A stretch of DNA of 64,000 nt from an uncultured Chloroflexia bacterium (GTDB taxonomy: Bacteria > Chloroflexota > Limnocylindria > Limnocylindrales > CSP1-4), in contig CAVVCZ010000004.1 of assembly GCA_963746845.1 (NCBI GenBank), forward strand, positions 768,001 to 832,000, given 5' to 3'. Positions 9,302-18,632 of this stretch are shown piece by piece. The position numbers and the translations under genes are program-made. How positions within the stretch are numbered: the stretch's first letter is position 1; each line of letters opens with the position of its first letter. Under the pieces are notes generated by a model that was not told the DNA's origin, did not search any database, and saw only the letters and a list, made by a program, of their open reading frames with translations.

Positions 9302-10057
9302 TCAGCGCACGTAGCTCGCGCCGTTGATATCGATCGTCGTACCGGTCGCGTGACGGGCGAGCCCGGAGGCGAGGAAGGCGATGACGTTCGCGACGTCCTG
9401 GGGCTGCGCGACTTCGCCGAGACCGGTGTCGCTCGCGGCCGCTGCAACGCCGAACTTCTCGGCGAACGGCCGATTGAACGCGGTGTCGACGTAGCCCGGG
9501 GCGACGGCGAACGCCGTGACACCTTGGCGGCCGTATTGGCGGGCGATCGTCCGCGTCATGGCGACGACACCAGCCTTGGCCGCGGCATAGTGCCAGAACT
9601 CCGGGTCCTCGCCCCGGAACGCCGCCCGACTCGCGAGGTTGATGATGATCCCACCACCCTCCTGGACCGCGTAGGTCGCGATCGCCTCGCGGCACAGGAT
9701 GGCTGGAGCGATCAGGTTCACCCCCAGCGACAGGTCCCAGACTGCCGTCCAGTCCTCGAGCGAGCGGTCCAGCTCCGCGGGTGGGTAGATCCCGGCGTTG
9801 TTGACGAGGGCGTCGATCCTGCCGGTGACCGCGAGGGCATCGCGCCACAACGCCTGCGTCGCCGCTCGATCGCGAAGGTCCACTGGCAGCGGGTGGGCCG
9901 CCGGCCCGAGCTCGGCGGCGAGCGCCGCCAGGGGCGCGGCGTTCACGTCGTGGATGACGACCGTCGCGCCGGCACCCGCCAGGGTCCGGGCGGTGGCCGA
10001 GCCGATCCCACCGGCGGCTCCGGTGATCAGGACGACGCGGCCCGACAGATCGATCAT
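9302..10057 (-). CDS. SDR family NAD(P)-dependent oxidoreductase
   Basis: TGAAGGIG, VNNAG, YAAAK catalytic motif; GGGAGG SD before ATG 10057. Confidence 0.92.
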   Translation of the reverse strand: MIDLSGRVVLITGAAGGIGSATARTLAGAGATVVIHDVNAAPLAALAAELGPAAHPLPVDLRDRAATQALWRDALAVTGRIDALVNNAGIYPPAELDRSLEDWTAVWDLSLGVNLIAPAILCREAIATYAVQEGGGIIINLASRAAFRGEDPEFWHYAAAKAGVVAMTRTIARQYGRQGVTAFAVAPGYVDTAFNRPFAEKFGVAAAASDTGLGEVAQPQDVANVIAFLASGLARHATGTTIDINGASYVR

Positions 10058-10204
10058 CTCTTCCTCCCGATCCCGGCCGATCCGGCCGGCAGATCGACCC
10101 GCCGACGGCCGTTGCGAGCGGCTTGACCCCGATTGGCCCAAGCGCAAGACTGTCGGCGTGAGGAGCGGGCCAGTGCTCGGAAATGATCCGTCGCTGTCTG
10201 ACGG

Positions 10205-11044
10205 ATGACAAGCCCGGGACACCAGCCCCCTTCCATCGCGAACCCAGCAGATGTCGAGCCGGCACCGGTCGGTGACGCCCTGCTCGAGGTCCGCGGGCTG
10301 TCGAAGTCGTTCCGCGGACTCCAGGCGCTCAGCGACTACGACCTGAGCCTGCCGGCCGGCACGATCCATGGGGTGATCGGGCCGAACGGAGCCGGCAAGA
10401 CGACCTTGTTCCACGTCCTCTCGGGGTTCCTCCGGCCGTCCGTGGGATCGATCCGGTTCGAAGGTCGCGACATCACCGGATCGCCGGCCTACCGGGTCGC
10501 GCGGCTGGGGATCGCCCGGACCTTCCAGAACATCCGCCTGTTCGGCGACCTGCCGGTGATCGACAACGTCAAGGCCGGGCTCCAGGGCGACGCCCGACGG
10601 TCCCTCGTCGGGATGCTCCTCTCGAGCGGCGGCTTCCGGAGCCAGGAGCGCGAGCTGACCGACCGGGCACTCGAGCTCCTTCGGCTGTTCGGGCTCGAAG
10701 GGCGACGGGATCGCCTGGCGAAGCATCTCCCGTACGGAGATCAGCGGCGGCTCGAGATCGCCCGGGCCGTCGGCACGGGACCGCGGATCCTCCTGCTCGA
10801 CGAGCCGAATGCGGGGATGAACCCGGTCGAGACCCAGGAGCTGCTCACGCTGATCCGTCGGATCCGCGACGAACGGTCGATCACGATCGTCCTCGTCGCG
10901 CACGACATCCCGCTCGTGATGAACCTGTGCGAGCGGATCCAGGTCCTCAACTACGGTCGGATCATCGCCGAGGGCGATCCGGCCGCCGTCCGGTCCGATC
11001 CCGACGTGATCGCCGCCTATCTCGGCCAGGCTCGTCGTGCTTGA
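10205..11044 (+). CDS. Branched-chain amino acid (HAAT) ABC transporter ATPase, LivG-like
   Basis: GPNGAGKTT, ARTFQNIRLF, LPYGDQRRLEIARA, LLLDEP. Confidence 0.92.
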   Translation: MTSPGHQPPSIANPADVEPAPVGDALLEVRGLSKSFRGLQALSDYDLSLPAGTIHGVIGPNGAGKTTLFHVLSGFLRPSVGSIRFEGRDITGSPAYRVARLGIARTFQNIRLFGDLPVIDNVKAGLQGDARRSLVGMLLSSGGFRSQERELTDRALELLRLFGLEGRRDRLAKHLPYGDQRRLEIARAVGTGPRILLLDEPNAGMNPVETQELLTLIRRIRDERSITIVLVAHDIPLVMNLCERIQVLNYGRIIAEGDPAAVRSDPDVIAAYLGQARRA

Positions 11045-11756
11045 GCTGGCCGACGTCCACGTCCGGTACGGCAGCATCCGCGCCCTCCAGGGCGTGTCGT
11101 TCCGCGTCGAGACCGGGGAGCTCGTGGCCCTGATCGGCTCGAACGGCGCAGGCAAGACCACCACGCTCCGGACGATCTCGGGACTTCTTCGGCCGACCCA
11201 GGGCACCGTCACGTTCGAGGGGTCCGACATCACGAGTGCGTCGACGGATCGGATCGTCGGCCTGGGAATCTCCCATTGCCCCGAGGGACGACGGATCTTC
11301 GGGAGCCTCTCGGTGTCCGACAACCTCCGCCTCGGGGCGGTCACGAGATCGGACGCGGCGGAGGTCGCCGCCGACCTGGAGATGGTGTTCGAGCTCTTTC
11401 CGCTGCTCCGCGAGCGCGTCGGTCAGGCCGGCGGAACGCTGTCGGGAGGCGAGCAGCAGATGCTGGCGATCGGGCGGGCGCTGATGAGCCGGCCGCGGCT
11501 GCTCCTGCTGGACGAGCCGTCGCTCGGGCTGGCCCCGCTCATGGTCGAGCGGATCTTTGCGACGATCGCCGCCCTCAAGGCCCAGGGGCGGACGATCCTG
11601 CTGGTCGAGCAGAACGTGCACCAGGCGCTGGATGTCGCCGACCGGGCGTACGTCGTCGAGACGGGTCGGATCACCCTCGACGGTCCGGCCGAAGTCCTCC
11701 GCCACGACCCCAAGGTCGAGCAGTCGTACCTCGGCGTGGGGAGCGTCGCCCTGTGA
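11037..11756 (+). CDS. HAAT ABC transporter ATPase, LivF-like
   Basis: GSNGAGKTT, PEGRRIF, LSGGEQQMLAIGRALM, LDEPSLGLAP. Confidence 0.93.
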   Translation: MLELADVHVRYGSIRALQGVSFRVETGELVALIGSNGAGKTTTLRTISGLLRPTQGTVTFEGSDITSASTDRIVGLGISHCPEGRRIFGSLSVSDNLRLGAVTRSDAAEVAADLEMVFELFPLLRERVGQAGGTLSGGEQQMLAIGRALMSRPRLLLLDEPSLGLAPLMVERIFATIAALKAQGRTILLVEQNVHQALDVADRAYVVETGRITLDGPAEVLRHDPKVEQSYLGVGSVAL

Positions 11757-12727
11757 TCGACTACGCGATCCAGCAGGTCGTCAACGCACTCAGCGCGGGC
11801 AGCCTGTACGCCCTGATGGCCGTCGGGCTCGCCATGGTCTTCGGCATCCTCCGGCTCATCAACTTTGCCCACGGTGACCTGATGATGATCGCGGCGTACG
11901 TCGCGGTCTTCTGCCTGGGTGCGGGTCTCTCGCTCGCGGTGGCCATCCCGGTGATGATCATCGGGACGGTCGGCGTCGGCCTGCTGATGGAGCGGGTCGC
12001 CTACCGGCCGATCCGCGGCGCGCCGGATGTGGCGATGCTGCTCACATCGTTCGCGGTCGGGCAGATCCTCCAGAACGGCACGCTGCTCACGACCCGTCTC
12101 GCCGGACAGCCGACGCTCATCGCGTTCCCGAGCCCGGACCTGTTGAACGGCGTCGTGACGGTCGGCGCGATCACGATCCCGAAGGTCAACCTCGCAAGCT
12201 TCGTGTCCGGGATCGTCCTGCTCGGGCTGCTCAGCCTGTTCGTGACGCGGACGACCCTGGGGCTGTCGATGCGGGCGGCCGCCGAGGACCTGGCCGCAGC
12301 CCAGTTGATGGGGATCAACGTCAACCGCGTCGTCGCGACGGCGTTCGCGATCGGCGCGGCGCTCGCGGCCGTCGCCGGGCTGCTCTATGCGGTCCAGGCC
12401 GGCCAGATCAACCCGTATATGGGCTTCACGCCGGTCCTCAAGGCATTCATCGCCGCAGTCATCGGCGGCTTCGGGAGCATCAGCGGTGCCGTGCTGGGCG
12501 GTTACGTCCTCGGCTTCCTGGAGGTCTTCGTCACGTCGATCGCGGGGATCGGCGACCTCCTGCCCGCGGGCTCGGTCCCGCCGGAGATCAGAGTGTTCCT
12601 CCAGCAATGGCTGCCGAGCGGGCTCGCGAGCTGGCGCGACGCCGTCGTCTTCGTCGTCCTGATCCTCGTCCTCCTCGTCCGGCCCCAGGGAATCCTCGGC
12701 CGCCGGGTCCGGGAGGACGAGCTGTGA
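11753..12727 (+). CDS. HAAT ABC transporter permease, LivH-like
   Basis: GTG overlapping the upstream stop; GSLYALMAVGLAMVFGILRLINFAHG; KAFIAAVIGGFGS. Confidence 0.92.
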   Translation: MIDYAIQQVVNALSAGSLYALMAVGLAMVFGILRLINFAHGDLMMIAAYVAVFCLGAGLSLAVAIPVMIIGTVGVGLLMERVAYRPIRGAPDVAMLLTSFAVGQILQNGTLLTTRLAGQPTLIAFPSPDLLNGVVTVGAITIPKVNLASFVSGIVLLGLLSLFVTRTTLGLSMRAAAEDLAAAQLMGINVNRVVATAFAIGAALAAVAGLLYAVQAGQINPYMGFTPVLKAFIAAVIGGFGSISGAVLGGYVLGFLEVFVTSIAGIGDLLPAGSVPPEIRVFLQQWLPSGLASWRDAVVFVVLILVLLVRPQGILGRRVREDEL

Positions 12728-13788
12728 GCGCGCGCCGCGCCGCCGGACCCCTGCTGGTCGTCGCCCTGGCGTCGGTGGCGCTGGCGCTGCTCGAGGCGAG
12801 CGGCCAGTCGTTCTGGCAGGGCCTCGTGATCAACCTCGCGATCTTCACGATCCTCACGGTGTCGCTGAACCTGACGAGCGGCTTCACTGGCGTCTTCTCG
12901 CTCGGCCAGATCGGGTTCATGGCCCTCGGCGCGTACATCTCGGCGATCCTCACCCTGCCCCTCCCGGAGAAGGCCTCGTACCTTCCGAACCTGCCGTCGT
13001 GGCTGGCCGGCGTCCACCTCGACCAGCGAATTGGCCCGGTGCCGATCGGGTTCCTCGCGGCGACGCTGATCGCGGGTGTCGTCGTGAGCGTCATCGCGTG
13101 GCTCGTCGGACGGATCCTGATGCGGCTGTCAGGGCACTTCGTGGCGGTGGCGACGCTCGGCTTCCTGGTGATCGTCCGGGTCGTCCTGTTCAACGCCGAT
13201 TCCTTCACGCGCGGCTCGCGGACCTTCTCGAACGTGACGCCGTACACGAACCTGTGGTGGTCGTGGGCCTGGGTCCTCCTCGTCGTCTACACCGTCTGGC
13301 GGATCAAGCGCTCCGCGTATGGCCGCGACATGTTCGTCCAGCGCGACGATCGCGTCGCAGCCCAGGCGGTCGGCATCCGGGTGATGGAGCCGCGACTCCT
13401 GGCGTTCGTCATCGGCGCGTTCTTCTCGGCGGTGGCGGGCTCGCTTTACGCCCACTTCATCACGTCGTTCTCGCCGACCGTCTTCTACTTCGACTTGACC
13501 TTCCGGGTGATCACGATGCTCGTCATCGGCGGGATGGGCTCGGTCAGCGGATCCGTCCTTGGTGCGATCGCGATCGTGGGGCTGACCGAAGCGCTCCGCC
13601 GGGTCGAGGACGCGACCCTCCTGTACGGGCTGAGCCAGATCATCCTCGCCGTGATCTTCATCGTGGTGATCACCGTCCGGCGCGAGGGGCTCCTGGGCCA
13701 GCGCGAGGTCCCGCTGGATCGGCTGTTCGACCGCCGTCCGAAGCCACCGCCGACCGTACCGGAGCGTTCGTCGGGTCAGAGCCCGTAG
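12724..13788 (+). CDS. HAAT ABC transporter permease, LivM-like
   Basis: SLNLTSGFTGVFSLGQIGFMALGAY; GHFVAVATLGF; MLVIGGMGS. Confidence 0.92.
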   Translation: MSARRAAGPLLVVALASVALALLEASGQSFWQGLVINLAIFTILTVSLNLTSGFTGVFSLGQIGFMALGAYISAILTLPLPEKASYLPNLPSWLAGVHLDQRIGPVPIGFLAATLIAGVVVSVIAWLVGRILMRLSGHFVAVATLGFLVIVRVVLFNADSFTRGSRTFSNVTPYTNLWWSWAWVLLVVYTVWRIKRSAYGRDMFVQRDDRVAAQAVGIRVMEPRLLAFVIGAFFSAVAGSLYAHFITSFSPTVFYFDLTFRVITMLVIGGMGSVSGSVLGAIAIVGLTEALRRVEDATLLYGLSQIILAVIFIVVITVRREGLLGQREVPLDRLFDRRPKPPPTVPERSSGQSP

Positions 13789-14903
13789 ACGGCCTCCGAG
13801 TTGCGCCACAGGATGCACTCGGCCCAGTCGAGCGCGACCCGCTCGTCGATCGCGCCGTCGGCGATGTGCTCGTCGAGCACCCGCGCAAGCGCACGCCGGC
13901 CCAGCCGTGCGCCGACCCAGTAGAGCTCGGGGACGAGGGATGCATCCGTGCTGAAGAGGAGCTTGCTGGCCGGGGCGAGCCCGAGCAGCTCGCGATAGAT
14001 CCCGGTGCCCTCGCCCGCGGCGAAGAGGATCGCCTCGCCCAGGTCCGCGTAGACGTTGGGAAACATCGCGGCCAGGTACGCAAGCGAGCGGACGTACGGA
14101 TAGCCCGTGTGGAGGAGCACGATCGGCGCCGCCCGGAAGCGCTCGGCAAACAGGATCCGCAGGGCCGCCGGATCGACGAGCGTGAGATCGAGATCCGGGT
14201 CGCCGAGTCCGGTGTGGAACTGGATCGGGATGCCCTGCCGAGCCGCCTCCTCGACCGCGATCACGATCAGGTGATCGAGCAACGGCTTTGACTCGATCCG
14301 CAGCCGGCCCGCCCGGCGGCCGATCTCTCGGACGGCGGTGAACGCCGCCGCCGCATCGTCGCGGTCCACGTCCTGGACGTGGAGGCCCGTCCGGTACGCA
14401 ATCACCGACTTCATCCCGACGATCCCGCGGCTCCGCAGGTCGCCGATCTCCGCTCGGTAGGCGTCGAGGAAGCCGTCGAAGCCATCGGACTCGAGGATCA
14501 GCCGCTCGATCATCGGCTCGAGGCGCAGGATCTCCTCGATCCGGCAGGGCGCGAGCGTCCGCAGCTCATCAAGCGAATAGGTCGTGTCGCCGCCGTAGCC
14601 CGTGTCGATGAGCCACGTCTTGAAGGCGCCGCGCCGGACGATCTCGCGGGTCAGCCATTCGACGCCACGGGCCCGCCGAGCGGCATGGACCGCCTCGGGC
14701 GTCGGCTCGCAGTCAAGGAGGACCGCGAGCTCGCGCAGGGTCCACTGATAGAGCAGCGAGGTCGGAACGTGGTCGTGGGCGATCGCCTCGAACGTCGACT
14801 CCGTCAGGTGGATCCGGAACGCGTCGTCGTCGGGCGGCTGGTGACGCAGCAGCGAGTGGCAGTGGTTGTCGACGATCGGGACCGCGCCCAGGTCGAGGGC
14901 CAC
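13776..14903 (-). CDS. Amidohydrolase, FluG/NodGS N-terminal-domain-like
   Basis: DNHCH metal motif, MKSVIAYRTGL, QFHTGLGD, LLHTGYPY, KLLFSTD; directly downstream of the GS-like gene. Confidence 0.85.
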   Translation of the reverse strand: MALDLGAVPIVDNHCHSLLRHQPPDDDAFRIHLTESTFEAIAHDHVPTSLLYQWTLRELAVLLDCEPTPEAVHAARRARGVEWLTREIVRRGAFKTWLIDTGYGGDTTYSLDELRTLAPCRIEEILRLEPMIERLILESDGFDGFLDAYRAEIGDLRSRGIVGMKSVIAYRTGLHVQDVDRDDAAAAFTAVREIGRRAGRLRIESKPLLDHLIVIAVEEAARQGIPIQFHTGLGDPDLDLTLVDPAALRILFAERFRAAPIVLLHTGYPYVRSLAYLAAMFPNVYADLGEAILFAAGEGTGIYRELLGLAPASKLLFSTDASLVPELYWVGARLGRRALARVLDEHIADGAIDERVALDWAECILWRNSEAVYGL

Positions 14904-14916
14904 GTCGACCGCCGCC

Positions 14917-16266
14917 TCAGTACTTGAAGAAGTGCTGGTCGAGCTCGAACGCCTCGTCCTTCTCGGCATACGCCGCGGCCTCGGCGCGTCGGACCTTCAG
15001 GTACTCGGCGGCAAGCCCCGGACCCATGGCGCCCATCAGCACGTCGTCCCGCTCGAGCTCGTCGAGCGCCTGGCTTGCGGTCAGCGGGAAGCGGCGGATC
15101 CCGCGCCGGTCCCGCTCGGCGTCCGTCAGGTTGCCGGGGTCCTGGTCAACCGGTTCGCCCGGATCGAGGCCGCGCTCGATCCCGTCGAGGGCCGCCGCCA
15201 TGACGCCGCCCAGGGAGATGTACGGGTTGGCGCTCGCGTCGCTGGCCTTCAGCTCCAGGTTCGTCGAGCCGGCCACGTCGTCCCAGTAGCGGCTCGGGAC
15301 GCGCACGGCGGCCTCGCGGTTCTCGATCCCCCACGCCGTGTAGGCGGAGCTCCAGTAATGCGGTTGGAGCCGGCGGAACGAGTTCACGCTCGGGGTCGTG
15401 AGGGCCAGGAGTCCCGGCAGGTGGGCGACGACCCCGGCGATCGCCTGACGGGCGAGGGTGCTGAGGCCCGCCGGGCCGCCGTCCTCCGCCAGCCGGTTCA
15501 CGCTGTGGTCGGCGTTCCAGATGCTCCAGTGGAGATGGGCCCCGCTGCCCGCCTGATCCGCCCACGGCTTCGGGGCGAGCGAGGCGACCATGCCGTGCTG
15601 GGCGGCGACGGCGCGGACCGTCTGGCGATAGGTGATCTGGTTGTCCGCGGCCCGCACGGCCGGCGCGTGCCGGATCGACAGCTCCTGCTGGCCCCAGCCG
15701 AGCTCCGGGTGCGACAGCTCCACCGTCAGGCCCTGGGCCGTGAGGGCGGCGATGATGTCCTGGATGACGGGCTCGGTGGATTCCATCCCGATCGCGCTGA
15801 AGCACAGGCTCCGATCGACCGGGGCATAGCCATCGTCCTGCCGGTAGGCGAGATAGAACTCGTTCTCGAAGGCGGCATCGAACGAGAGGCTCCGGTCCGC
15901 CGCACTCGCGACCATGCGTTGCAGGAAGCTCCGTGGGTCCAGGGCCCACGGCTGATGGTCGAGCTCGATCATGTTCGCGATCATCTGGCCGCTGCGCGGC
16001 GCGTACGGGAGGACCACGAACGTGTCCGGGTCCGGCACGAGCCGAATCTCCCCGACCGGGCCATAGGTCGCGTCGGGGGCGAGGAAATCCAGGCTCGTGA
16101 ACGACTGCATGCCTTTCACGAGCCCGATGCCGCTCGACATCCGGCGCGCGAGCTGCCCGACGTGGGTGCTCTTGCCACGGATCACGCCGCCGTTGTCGCA
16201 GTACAGGAAGCGAACGAGCTGGAGACCCCGCTCGTTCGCCTCGCTGACGATCTCCTCTGGTGTCAT
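14917..16266 (-). CDS. Glutamine synthetase-like gamma-glutamyl-amine ligase (GlnA3/PuuA/FluG type)
   Basis: FENEFY, HPELGWGQQEL, PKPW...GSGAHLH, NREAAVRVP. The flap has PHYW instead of PGYE, typical of non-ammonia ligases. Confidence 0.88.
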   Translation of the reverse strand: MTPEEIVSEANERGLQLVRFLYCDNGGVIRGKSTHVGQLARRMSSGIGLVKGMQSFTSLDFLAPDATYGPVGEIRLVPDPDTFVVLPYAPRSGQMIANMIELDHQPWALDPRSFLQRMVASAADRSLSFDAAFENEFYLAYRQDDGYAPVDRSLCFSAIGMESTEPVIQDIIAALTAQGLTVELSHPELGWGQQELSIRHAPAVRAADNQITYRQTVRAVAAQHGMVASLAPKPWADQAGSGAHLHWSIWNADHSVNRLAEDGGPAGLSTLARQAIAGVVAHLPGLLALTTPSVNSFRRLQPHYWSSAYTAWGIENREAAVRVPSRYWDDVAGSTNLELKASDASANPYISLGGVMAAALDGIERGLDPGEPVDQDPGNLTDAERDRRGIRRFPLTASQALDELERDDVLMGAMGPGLAAEYLKVRRAEAAAYAEKDEAFELDQHFFKY

Positions 16267-16283
16267 GGGCTGCCTCGACGACG

Positions 16284-17531
16284 CTACGGTGCGGGCACCT
16301 TCTCCGGGACCACCTCGGCGCCCAGGGTGAACTTGCCGCCCTTGACCGAGATGACCGTGACGCCCTTCTGCGGGACGTGGGAGTCTGCGGAGAAGGTGAT
16401 CTTGCCGGTGATCCCGGGGAAGTCCTTCGTCGCCTCGATCGCCCCCTTGACGGCGGCCGAGTCCGTGCTGCCCGCGCGCTTGATCGCGTCGGCCATCAGG
16501 AAGACGGTGTCGTAGCCGAGGGCCGCGAACGCGTTCTCCGGGTCGTTGCCGTACTCGGCCTTGTAGTCGGTCATGAACTTCTTGATCCCGTCGGTGCCAC
16601 CGGTCGCGTCCATCAGGGCATGCGTCGTGAAGAACACGTTGTCGGCGGCCGCGCCGGCGACCTTGATCAGGTCCGGGGTGTCGTAGCCGTCACCGCCGAC
16701 GATCGGACCGGTGATCCCGGCATCCCGGAACTGCTTCACGAGTGGGCCGATGTTGTACGGCATCGCCGCGACGTAGTAGAAGTCCGGCTGCGGGCTGAGG
16801 GCCTTGATCTTCGTGATCTGGGCCGAGAAGTCGGTCGCCTTGTCGTCGTACGAGTCCTCGAGGGCGATCGTCCCGCCGAGCTCGGTGAACCGGCTCTTGA
16901 AGTACTGCCCGAGGAGCGTCGTGTACTCGACGCCCTTGTCCCACAGGAAGTACGCGTTCTTGCCGAACGTCTTGAACGAGTACTCGGCCCCGACCGCCGC
17001 CTGGACGTTGTCGCCGAAGCAGGCGAGGAACATCATGTCGCCGACCTGGGTCGGGATCTTCGGGGACGTCGCGCCGACCGTGATGAACGGGATCTTGGCG
17101 CTCTGGAACGTCGGACCCGAGGCGAGGACCGAGTCGGTGTCCGTGTAGCCGATCATCAGCGGGACCTTGTCCTGCTCGACGAACTGCTTCGCCGTCTGGG
17201 CCGTGACGTCCATCTTGTACTGGCTGTCGTGGACGATGAAGTCGATCTGCGAGCCGTTGACGCCGCCGGCCGCGTTGATCTGCTTGACCGCGAGCTTCGC
17301 CCCGTTGGCCGCAGGCAGGTCGAGCGCGGACTCGTCGCCGGTGAGCGCGAAGCCGCCACCGATCTTGATCGGGCCGGCGGCCACGGGGCTGCCACCGGCC
17401 GCCGGGCTGCCGGCGGGCGCGACCGATGCCGGCGCGGACGCGCCACCACCGCCCGATGCGCTCGGGGTGCTCGTGGTGCAGGCGGCGACCAGAACGATCG
17501 CGCTTGCCAGCGCGAAGACGTTGCGGGCCAT
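16284..17531 (-). CDS. HAAT ABC transporter substrate-binding lipoprotein (LivJ/K-like)
   Basis: GGAGGAG SD, lipobox LVAAC, LAVKQINAAGGVNG, DFSAQITKIK, ALGYD. Confidence 0.92.
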   Translation of the reverse strand: MARNVFALASAIVLVAACTTSTPSASGGGGASAPASVAPAGSPAAGGSPVAAGPIKIGGGFALTGDESALDLPAANGAKLAVKQINAAGGVNGSQIDFIVHDSQYKMDVTAQTAKQFVEQDKVPLMIGYTDTDSVLASGPTFQSAKIPFITVGATSPKIPTQVGDMMFLACFGDNVQAAVGAEYSFKTFGKNAYFLWDKGVEYTTLLGQYFKSRFTELGGTIALEDSYDDKATDFSAQITKIKALSPQPDFYYVAAMPYNIGPLVKQFRDAGITGPIVGGDGYDTPDLIKVAGAAADNVFFTTHALMDATGGTDGIKKFMTDYKAEYGNDPENAFAALGYDTVFLMADAIKRAGSTDSAAVKGAIEATKDFPGITGKITFSADSHVPQKGVTVISVKGGKFTLGAEVVPEKVPAP

Positions 17532-17737
17532 GTCTCCTCCTCGAATCCACCGACGCCCTGGGATGCGGGACCTTGACCGCGCTGCTGCAAGCGTAAGACG
17601 ATCGACCGCGCTGAGGCGCCGGAGGTGGGGCAACTATCCCCCACCGACTTTCGGATGACAAGGCCTGTATCGGGGAGCCTTACACGACCACCAGACGGGA
17701 TTCCTCTTTCGCATCCGATGCGGCCGAGCCGGCTCCG

Positions 17738-18460
17738 CTGATCGTCGTCACCGTCGCGGCCCCCGCCGATGCGCCGGATCCCGACCTCGCGACCCGCCGC
17801 AACGACCGGTACGTCGCCGCGGTGGCCCGGCACGGGGCCGAGACGATCCGCCTCGACGTCCGCGCGACCGCATCGGCGCGCGACGACGCGTTCCGGGTGA
17901 TGGACGGCTTGCTCCTGACCGGCGGCGCCGACCTCGATCCGCGACGGTACGGGCAGTCGATCGACGGGGCCGAGCATGTCGACCGCGCCCGCGATGACCT
18001 CGAGGCGGCGGCCTGGGAGACCGCGAACGAGCGGCGCGTCCCGGTTCTCGGGATCTGTCGTGGCCTGCAGGCGATCAACGTCTTTGCGGGTGGGTCCCTC
18101 GTCCAGCACGTCGAGGGCCACGCCGGTGCGGCCTGGGGCAGCGGGACGCCGGCCACCCATCCGCTTCGGGTCGTGCCCGGGACCCGGCTCGCGACACTCC
18201 TGGGCCCTGCCGAGATGCTCGAGGTCAACGCCTACCACCACCAGGGCGTCCGCGAGCAGGACCTCGCCCCGGGGCTGCGCCCGGCCGCCTGGGCCGACAG
18301 CCCAGCCGGACCGCTCGTCGAGGGGCTGGAGGCGGTCGACGGGCGGTTCGTGGTCGGAGTCCAGTGTCATCCGGAGCGGACCGAGTCGACGCCCGCTGCA
18401 TTCGAGCGGCTCTTCGCCGCGTTCGTCCTGGCGGCCGCGGTGGCGGCGCGGAGCCGGTAG
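17738..18460 (+). CDS. Gamma-glutamyl-GABA hydrolase family (PuuD/peptidase C26); start unclear
   Basis: DGLLLTGGADLDP, LGICRGLQ (Cys nucleophile), VNAYHHQG, GVQCHPE. The in-frame PLIVVTV N-terminus lies upstream of the first GTG (17822). Confidence 0.85.
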   Translation: MIVVTVAAPADAPDPDLATRRNDRYVAAVARHGAETIRLDVRATASARDDAFRVMDGLLLTGGADLDPRRYGQSIDGAEHVDRARDDLEAAAWETANERRVPVLGICRGLQAINVFAGGSLVQHVEGHAGAAWGSGTPATHPLRVVPGTRLATLLGPAEMLEVNAYHHQGVREQDLAPGLRPAAWADSPAGPLVEGLEAVDGRFVVGVQCHPERTESTPAAFERLFAAFVLAAAVAARSR

Positions 18461-18481
18461 GCCGTTCGCGATCCGGCGTCC

Positions 18482-18581
18482 ATCCGTCAAACGACCGACG
18501 GTGGACGGGCCGCCGGCCGACACTCCCTCTCGCTCGATGCGTCGTTCGCCCGATGACCCGGACGTCGCCCGGGACCAGTGT
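18482..18581 (+). promoter_or_regulatory. Two imperfect 19-bp direct repeats plus a weak -10 upstream of azoR
   Basis: ATCCGTCAAACGACCGACG (18482-18500) and ATGCGTCGTTCGCCCGATG (18537-18555); CAGTGT 20 nt after the second. Confidence 0.45.
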
Positions 18582-18632
18582 CCCCTCGGGGATCGCGCCC
18601 AGGCGATCCCGATGCGGGAAGGGACGACGACG

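Noticed and set aside
14917-16266. Canonical glutamine synthetase glnA
   Set aside because: The ammonium-site flap Glu is replaced, and the context (amidohydrolase, PuuD) fits a gamma-glutamyl-amine ligase.
18551-18581. Second SigG-type promoter (CGATGA) upstream of azoR
   Set aside because: No GTCNNTA at 18-nt spacing.
18580-18632. RNA thermometer sequestering the azoR SD
   Set aside because: Only 5 bp of outer pairing, and its 5' strand overlaps the predicted -10, so it is probably not transcribed.
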